Below, one piece after another: positions 39,768 through 46,600 of a stretch of DNA of 64,000 nucleotides; position 1 is the first letter of the stretch, and every line of letters begins with the position of its first letter. The notes below the pieces were generated by a model, which made no database searches, had not been told where the DNA came from, and worked only from the letters and a program-made list of their open reading frames with translations. Source of the stretch: an uncultured Mycoplasmataceae bacterium (GTDB lineage Bacteria; Bacillota_I; Bacilli_A; Mycoplasmatales; Mycoplasmoidaceae); NCBI GenBank assembly GCA_947165235.1, contig CAMUZN010000001.1:170242-234241 (forward strand). The letters run 5' to 3'. The translations under genes and the position numbers were made by a program.

Positions 39768-40519
39768 AGATTGAAACCGAAAATCAAATTATTGAATGAG
39801 AATTTAACGGAATTAAAATTTTATCCGCACTAAATTCTTCGTGGACATTATTAAAGTTAAAACAACACATTACTAATCATAAAGTTTCAATTGATGATAA
39901 TATTTTATCCGTTAACAATTGTCTTATTATTAATGAATACACGATGCTTGCTAATTTATTAGGTTGGACTAAATCATCGCAATTTTTAAAAAACTTAGTA
40001 TTAGCTTTTGATGTTAATAGTATTATTAACACTGATAAATTAGATGAATTTTTGCAAATAGTGAACTTGAATTCTAATAATCTAGTTAATTTTAATAATG
40101 ATCCAGTTGATTTAATTATTAAGAATTTTCAAATTGATAAAGAAATAAAGATTGATGAAAAGAATTTCAAAAAAATACTAGATTGTTATAAAACAACAAA
40201 TAAAAAATTGACAATTATCATCTCTAATTGTCATTGATTTAAATTTGATCTAATTAAGAAACATCTTGCCTTTTTTAATTTTATTATTATCACTAATTCA
40301 TTAACATATATTGGGCTTAATAGTTCAGAATTAGAAGATTGTGTGGCCATTCAAAACTATAAAAATGATTGATATGAGATATTAGATTTAGGGAAATTAA
40401 TTTTATATATTGAGAAGGAATTAAATTCATTATTTAACCAAGAGAAATTAAATAAATATTTATCTTCTAATTTATTTGAAAATTGGGAAATTTTTAGGAT
40501 TTTGCGAAAAATTTTTTAA
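39761..40519 (+). CDS. csn2: Csn2-position protein of type II-A locus
   Basis: 252 aa in code 4. The ATG overlaps the cas2 stop. It is the fourth cas gene, directly before the array. The call rests on position and size; I recognised no motif. Confidence 0.6.
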
Positions 40520-40526
40520 TTTTGAC

Positions 40527-40691
40527 GTTCTGGTGTGGTATTATATTGTTGTTGCCTAACCTCCGCTGTTTCTCCATTTATACCGGTGTTGGTTCTGGTG
40601 TGGTATTATATTGTTGTTGCCTAACCTTGTTTAGTTGGGGGTTCATTGCTTCCATTGTTCTGGTGTGGTATTATATTGTTGTTGCCTAACC
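40527..40691 (+). CRISPR. CRISPR array: 3 identical 35-nt repeats, 2 spacers of 30 nt
   Basis: The repeat GTTCTGGTGTGGTATTATATTGTTGTTGCCTAACC occurs at 40527..40561, 40592..40626 and 40657..40691. Spacers are TCCGCTGTTTCTCCATTTATACCGGTGTTG (40562..40591) and TTGTTTAGTTGGGGGTTCATTGCTTCCATT (40627..40656). Transcription sense (+) is inferred from the tracrRNA orientation. Confidence 0.95.
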
Positions 40692-41015
40692 AAAACTTTA
40701 TCGTAAATTTCTAAACAATATTCCATCTTGTATATCGAGCATTGTATAATAAACTAACAAAAAGTTGGAAGCAGGATATGGTAATTATTTTGTGAATAGT
40801 GATGGAGATTATTCATCTTATCATATTATTTGCGATGTAATTTTTCGGAAGATAAATAATTATAAAATCGATATTTTATATTATTTTATGCTCTTTTTGT
40901 AAATTTGCACTTTCATTAGTATAGAGTATATCGTTGATTATCGTTATGATTAAAATCAATATATTTGTATTAATTTAACATAAATATTTAAGAGATTGTT
41001 ATGATATAATTTAAC

Positions 41016-41102
41016 AAAAGTGTTATAATAATCTTGGTGTGGTATTATATTGTTGTTGTTTATTTTTTAGAACTTTTAAAAATATAAAAGTGTTATAATA
41101 AT
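41016..41102 (+). repeat. 17-nt perfect direct repeat AAAAGTGTTATAATAAT (41016..41032 and 41086..41102)
   Basis: Read directly from the sequence. The copies are 70 nt apart. The first copy abuts and overlaps the start of the degenerate CRISPR repeat. Confidence 0.9.
41031..41065 (+). repeat. Solo degenerate CRISPR repeat (same orientation as array)
   Basis: ATCTTGGTGTGGTATTATATTGTTGTTG matches repeat positions 1-28 at 25/28. Positions 29-35 read TTTATTT instead of CCTAACC. It lies 339 nt after the last perfect repeat. Confidence 0.85.
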
Positions 41103-41125
41103 AAAAAATATGTTATAATTATTTT

Positions 41126-41150
41126 GTGACTAATATAAATCATTAGTCAC
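41126..41150. other. Perfect 9-bp hairpin GTGACTAAT-N7-ATTAGTCAC
   Basis: The inverted repeat was read directly. There is no adjacent T-tract on either strand. Confidence 0.7.
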
Positions 41151-41154
41151 TGTA

Positions 41155-41232
41155 GTGGAGGATTTGAACCACGAAACTGCAAAGAGCAACTGATTTACAG
41201 TCAGTGTGCTTTGGTTACTTGAGTACATTTCC
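41155..41232 (-). pseudogene. tRNA-like remnant (chimeric: first 16 nt identical to tRNA-Ser, Tyr-type GUA anticodon arm, defective D/T/acceptor stems)
   Basis: The minus strand reads GGAAATGTACTCAAGT-AACCAAAGCAC-ACTGA-CTGTAAA-TCAGT-TGCTCTTTGCAGT..GTGGTTCAAATCCTCCAC. The anticodon stem-loop is perfect and a GGTTCAAATCC T-loop motif is present. No 3' acceptor strand (CATTTCC) exists, and the D and T stems do not close. Confidence 0.55.
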
Positions 41233-41269
41233 AAAACATATATGAATATGTTTGTTTAATGATGGAAGT
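41217..41269 (-). repeat. 53-nt inverted copy (51/53) of the ssrA 3' end / spacer / tRNA-Ser 5' junction at 33204..33256
   Basis: The reverse complement of 41217..41269 is ACTTCCATCATTAAACAAACATATTCATATATGTTTTGGAAATGTACTCAAGT. Positions 33204..33256 read ACTTCCACCATTAAACGAACATATTCATATATGTTTTGGAAATGTACTCAAGT. Confidence 0.9.
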
Positions 41270-41295
41270 AGAAAAGTAAATGCAAGTCCACATTA

Positions 41296-41345
41296 CAAAA
41301 AATCCAAATGATAAATTTTATTATTTTACCATTTGGATTTTTTTA
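41296..41345 (+). terminator. Intrinsic terminator (potentially bidirectional) before fpg
   Basis: Stem ATCCAAATG (41302..41310) / CATTTGGAT (41330..41338), extended by the flanking A-run and T-run. It is followed by a T-tract at 41339..41344. Confidence 0.6.
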
Positions 41346-41356
41346 TAAAATAAAAT

Positions 41357-42184
41357 ATGCCAGAATTTCCGGAAGTTAAAACATTAGTTAATTGACTAAA
41401 TCACCAAGATTTCTTTAGTATAAAGATAAATAAAATTATTTTTATTGATGCTATTGTTTTAAAAAATTCGACAAAAAAGCAATTTATTGACTTTGTTTGC
41501 AATGAAACAATTAAAAAAATTAGTCAAATAGGTAAATTTATAATCTTTTATTTATCAAATGGAAAAATTATTACAATCCATTTACGCTTGGAAGGTAAAA
41601 TTTTTTACTTATCAGCTAATGAAAAAAGTAAATTTCCGCTAGTTGAATTTTACTTGGATAATGACAAAAAAATTGTTTACGACGATTCACGTAAATTTGG
41701 AACAATTAATATTTATGATAATTACCAAAAATTATTGGATTCTAGTGAAATAAAGAAATTGGGCAAACAACCATTTGATCAAGCATTAACAGCTAATTAC
41801 TTGCTTAATTGCTTTAAAAATAAGAACCAAAAAATTAAGACAACTTTGCTTGATCAAACTATCATTGCCGGAATCGGTAATATTTATGCCGATGAAACAT
41901 TATTTTTATGTAAGATTTCACCTTTTCGGAAAGCAAAAGATGTTTCTCTAGATGAATGCCAACAAATTATTAATAATTGTCGTAAAATTATGGCACAATC
42001 AATTAAAAATAAAGGAACGACAGTTTTTTCATACCAATATGCTCTAAATCATTCCGGTTCATTCCAAAAATATCTTAAAGTCTATGGGAGAAAAAACTTA
42101 TCTTGTTTGCGATGTGGAAGCACCCTTTGTTGAACAAAAATAAATGGAAGAGGAACAACATATTGTAAGAAATGTCAAAAGTAA
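41357..42184 (+). CDS. mutM: Formamidopyrimidine-DNA glycosylase
   Basis: N-terminal MPEFPEV (catalytic Pro2/Glu3), H2TH region, and C-terminal zinc finger CLRCGSTLCW..TTYCKKCQ. Length is 275 aa after reading two TGAs as Trp. Confidence 0.9.
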
Positions 42185-43606
42185 TTATTTTGACCAATTT
42201 AATTGATTAATTGTTTTTGGTTTAGGGTTAATATAGTTTTGAATAATTTGTCCGGAATTAACTTTTATTACTCGTGTTGCTAAATCAGCAAAAATGCTAT
42301 TATGGGTAACAATGACAACGGTTGTTTTAAATTTTTTATTTAGATCAACAAATAATTTTAAAATTTGTTTACTCATTTCTTCATCAACAGCTCCTGTTGG
42401 TTCATCACCAAAAATAATTGCGGGATTTTTTGCCATGCTTCGCGCAATTGAAACACGTTGTTGTTGGCCACCAGACAATTCGTAAGGGTATCGGTCTTGA
42501 TATTTATCAATACCAATTATTTTTAATAATTCATTAATATTTAGACGTAAGGCATGATTTTTTTGTAGCTTTCATCCAATTTCAACATTTTCTTTTACGG
42601 TTAAATTAGGTAATAAGTTATAGCTTTGAAAAATATACCCAATATTTAATTTACGAAATTTCGTTAATTGAGTAGGGGTTTTATTAATAAGGTTTTGTCC
42701 ATTTACATAGGTTTGACCACTCGTTGCAACATCAATACCGGTAATAATATTTAATAATGATGTTTTTCCTGAACCTGATGGTCCTAAAATAACAACAAAC
42801 TCACCCTTTTTAATTTCAAGATTAATATTTTTTAAAATTTTTGTTACCATTCACTTATTGTAATAATATTTTGTTACATCTTTTAGTTGAATGGCATTAT
42901 CGGTAATAATTTCTTTTGTGTCAGATCTTTTGTGCGAAATTTTATCTAATTTTTTTACTCATTTTGCATATTTACCAAAACGATACATATTAAAAATATT
43001 TTCATAATTGATTTCACATTGCAAAATATTTTTTTGCGTTTTCTTTATCATTTTTTCTAAAGCAAGACCAGATTTAATTTTAAATTCTTGGAAAATTTTT
43101 GCTACATTTTTTTCTTTAATTAAATTTAAAAAATGTAAATTAAGTTTTGAAATGTTTCAAACTGCTGAATTCCTAATCAATTTTTTTAGTTTTAAACCAT
43201 GAGGGATAAGAATAATAAAATTTTTGTTTTCAATGGCATTAATAATATTTTTAATTTCTTCAAGATTATGAAAACGAGCGGATTTATTATGCAATTTAAT
43301 AAGGACAAGGGTTATTTTGGCAATTTTTGCTTTTAATAATCATTGTTTCTTACACAAAAAATTAATTTCATTTACATTTTTTTTTAACTTATCATATTTT
43401 TCAAGCGAAAATTCTTTTAAGTTTGCTTGATAAGTCTGCTCGCATTTTTTTAGTTTTTTTGTGATATGGTTTAAAGACGCCTCTAACAAGTTAAGATCAT
43501 CAATTTTTTTTAGCATTAAAAATTTTTTTCTTGGTTCTGTTATTGATGATAAATTTTTAAGATCGGCAACAGTTGCTAATTTTCGATATTTTTGGCTAAT
43601 ATTCAT
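42185..43606 (-). CDS. ABC transporter ATP-binding protein (MacB/LolD-type cassette) with about 230-aa Lys-rich N-terminal extension
   Basis: I translated 42848..43342 codon by codon. Fragments 42185..42478, 42572..42850 and 43340..43606 form one frame with only TGA inside (473 aa). Walker A GPSGSGKTS, signature LSGGQQQRVSIAR and Walker B IIFGDEPTG are present. The ATG lies 4 nt after the permease stop. Confidence 0.8.
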
Positions 43607-43610
43607 AAAT

Positions 43611-46600
43611 TTATTCTGCTTTTATTTCTTTATTTAATTTTACTTTTTTTAATGTGTAATAACCATATAAAGCACAAGTTGCTAAAATTCCAAAAATCAC
43701 ACCACATCCAATTAAATAATGGGTAATTTTTGGTAAACTATAAATTAATATCTTCATTGAATTTAAAATTAATTTTTGGTATGATGTTGCTAATAGCATT
43801 GTAAAAGGGATTGATACGAAAATCCCAATAATTGAAACTGGAACATATAATGATAAAATATTTTTTGCATTTTGCAAATCCGAATAACCTAAAGATTTAA
43901 GCATAATCGCATATTTTTGGTTTTGTTTGATCAATAAACTTGAAATAACCATAACAATAAGAATAGCAATTGGGAAAAATATGGCTACAACGATTGCTTG
44001 AATCAAATTAAAAAGATCCATTAAACCATTGAAAATAGTACCAAGCGTTGTCAAATCATCAGCGGTTTTTATTGTTGTTATTGCTGCCGTTTTTCCATAA
44101 ACATTAGCAATTTGTTCACAGAAATTTTGAATTATTTTTGGGTCGGAAAATTCCTCGTTGACACTCTTGTTTCTAATTAATTCAACAATTTTTTCATTAT
44201 TCAAACCTGTTACAAAATTAGCAAGAGCTAAATTATGACCAGACTTATCTTTATTCAAAATATCAAAAAAATCACCAGTATCACTTATTTCTGAAACAAA
44301 CGAGGAAGTAGCAGGATATAATCCACTAGGTGAATATAGCGAAATTGATCTTAAATACGAATCAATAATTTTTGATTTTGTAAAAACACCATTAAAGCCA
44401 ATTGGAATATCATTTAAGTGTTTATTTTTAAACTTCGCTTTTTCATTGTCATTTAATGTTGAAAGATCAAGCTTTTCAAATTTCCCTTCATTAGGATTAA
44501 AGACATAAATATCTAAATATTCGCTATTGCTTGCCAAATCAACAATTGCTGATTTTGTTTGTCATTCATTATGGTTGTCTTTGTCCGTTCAAAGCATATA
44601 TTTATGGGTTTTGTTTCAATTTTGTCCATCTGGCAATCCTAAAATTTTATTTGCAAAATATTGTGTGGTGAAAAACAAAGCATTAGCCGTACTTTTTGCA
44701 ATTCCAATTATTTCAAACTTCATTTCGCTGTTTCGCTGTTTTAAAAATCGGTCAACGGCATTTTGCGGTTTAAATGTAATGATATCTCCTACTTTTCAAT
44801 TATTTTTAAAGGAAATATATGCATTAATGACAAGAGGATAAAGGTCCTTATTTTTTTGTTTATAACCATGCAATTTTTTGAGTAAATCATTGTTATCATG
44901 ATCGTAAAGTTCAACATGTTTTGAATTATCTTTTATTCCTAAAACTCGCAAAGATTCTTTGACATTATCAATGCTTATGTCAATATAAGTGTATGTTTCA
45001 TCTGCATTTTCATTATTTTCGTTAGCAAAATTAAGAGGAATAGAACCATAATTAATAGCAAATTCTCCTTTTGATAATTCGGGATCGGAATAAATAGTTT
45101 GCAATAATTTTATGAAGTAGGGGTTAAAAGCCATATTTGCATTGCTTGTGGAAGTAATGGCAAATCGCTTATTCTCAGTTGATAATTTATATTTATCTCC
45201 ATCTTTTTCGATGAACCATTCATAAGCATTTTCTGGTTTATTAGCAAATCTTTCTGGTACTTTAATATCTTTTCCAATTTCTCAAGGTTGATATCATTTT
45301 GGATTTTTGTTTTTTGGATCATCATAAATCTTTTGTCCAACCTTTTGAATTAATTCATTAAATGATTTATCAGCTAAATTTTGGTAATTTAAAGGCATCA
45401 TTGATATTGCTGTTTTTCATGGATTTTGCATGTAAATTGAATTATGTCCCAAATCATGATCTAGAGCTAATTTTGATATTGATTTGTTTTGGAGATAAAA
45501 TAAATCAATATCTTTTCCTATCTGATCTCCTTCATTAAATAAAGCCAAAGATCCAATTGCTGTTGTCGTTTTCTTTTCGTTATTATCGTTTGGTGCACTT
45601 TTAATTAGGTTAAGATATGTATATTTAGAATCATTTGATTGCATTGAATATGCCCAAAAGTAATCCATTGAATCATCACTATAAAGAATGTCAAACATTC
45701 GATCTGCAACTCCACCACTAATTTCGTTTTTTTCATATCGTGAGTTAAGTTGATTGGAGTAATAAGGTTTGGTTAGTTCTGGGTAGTATTGGGGATCAAT
45801 TTCAACTTGATTTACCATAGTATTGAAAATAAATTTATTGGAATCGGTTTGGAAAAATCCAACTTCATTATCATTACAAAAATTAAAAGTATTGTAATTA
45901 CCACCGGATGCTGTTGGTGTAACTAAATCAATAGCATATTTATATTTAAATTGGTTTGAATTAAGCTTATTTGATTCATCAATTTTACCTAATGTTGCAA
46001 CGGAAAAAACTGTCCCACTCATTGTTATAGAAATAGTGGCCGATAAAATTAAAAGTCTTCAAAAAGAGGAAAAAGCGGAAGCAATTCTAAATCGTGTCAT
46101 AATTCCAAAATGGGAGAAAGGGATTTTGGCAATCCGACTAAATAAACTACCTTTAAAACCTGATTGCTTATTTAATAAATAAGTCAATCTTAAATTCAAC
46201 ATTTTTAATGTTGAGAAAAAAGAAGTAAGTGAAAAAAGAACAAAAGGAAAGCAAATACATAAAAGCATTGTTATGTAGTTAAATGAAATCAATTTTGTTG
46301 GCAAAAATCAATAATTTTTAAATAATTTTAAGCCAACAATTTGCATGAATAAACCAAATAAATATGCTCCTACTCCTCCGACAACTGAAGGCACCCACAC
46401 AAAAGGTAATAATGAGAATATTATTTTACCTTTTTTTATTCCATTTGCCAAAAGGATTCCAATGTTAACTTTATTCGAATCAACATAATATTTAACAATG
46501 ATGATACAAATAATCACTGTTAATAAAAGAATAAAGGCACAAATAATATAAGAAACAATCTTAAATAATTTAATAATTGACGGTAAATATGTTATGCGAA

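Larger units (their letters stand above)
41002..41119 (+). promoter_or_regulatory. Cluster of four extended -10-like boxes (TGnTATAAT)
   Basis: TGATATAAT at 41002..41010, and TGTTATAAT at 41021..41029, 41091..41099 and 41111..41119. These are sequence matches only. AT-rich DNA produces such boxes by chance, and two of the four belong to a 17-nt duplication. Confidence 0.3.

Noticed and set aside
40692-40721. The 30 nt after repeat 3 as a third spacer.
   Set aside because: No repeat, even a degenerate one, follows at 40722. The sequence could be a relic spacer, but that cannot be supported.
40778-40840. A 20-aa hydrophobic mini-ORF, MVIILWIVMEIIHLIILFAM, downstream of a TATAAT (40745..40750), considered as a type I toxin-like peptide.
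   Set aside because: In DNA this AT-rich, Ile/Leu/Phe-rich 20-codon ORFs arise by chance at appreciable frequency. The AGGA lies only 1 nt from the ATG. The region is also a decayed duplicate of 41106..41165. I noted it but do not call it.
41031-41058. The solo repeat read on the minus strand as a second anti-repeat/tracrRNA (CAACAACAATATAATACCACACCAAGAT is complementary to the repeat).
   Set aside because: On the minus strand there is no nexus-like GC hairpin or terminator downstream, and no -10-like box upstream. All promoter-like boxes and the T-tract favour the + strand.
41155-41232. The same element read on the + strand as tRNA-Val(UAC), because the anticodon stem-loop is also valid in reverse (loop TTTACAG).
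   Set aside because: The + strand has no T-loop motif downstream of the anticodon arm and no D-arm upstream. The GGTTCAAATCC motif and the homology to the tRNA-Ser 5' end fit only the minus strand.
45110-45340. A 76-aa ORF that might split the giant permease.
   Set aside because: It lies in a different phase (coordinate mod 3 = 2) from the eight permease fragments (mod 3 = 0), and the permease frame reads through this region.
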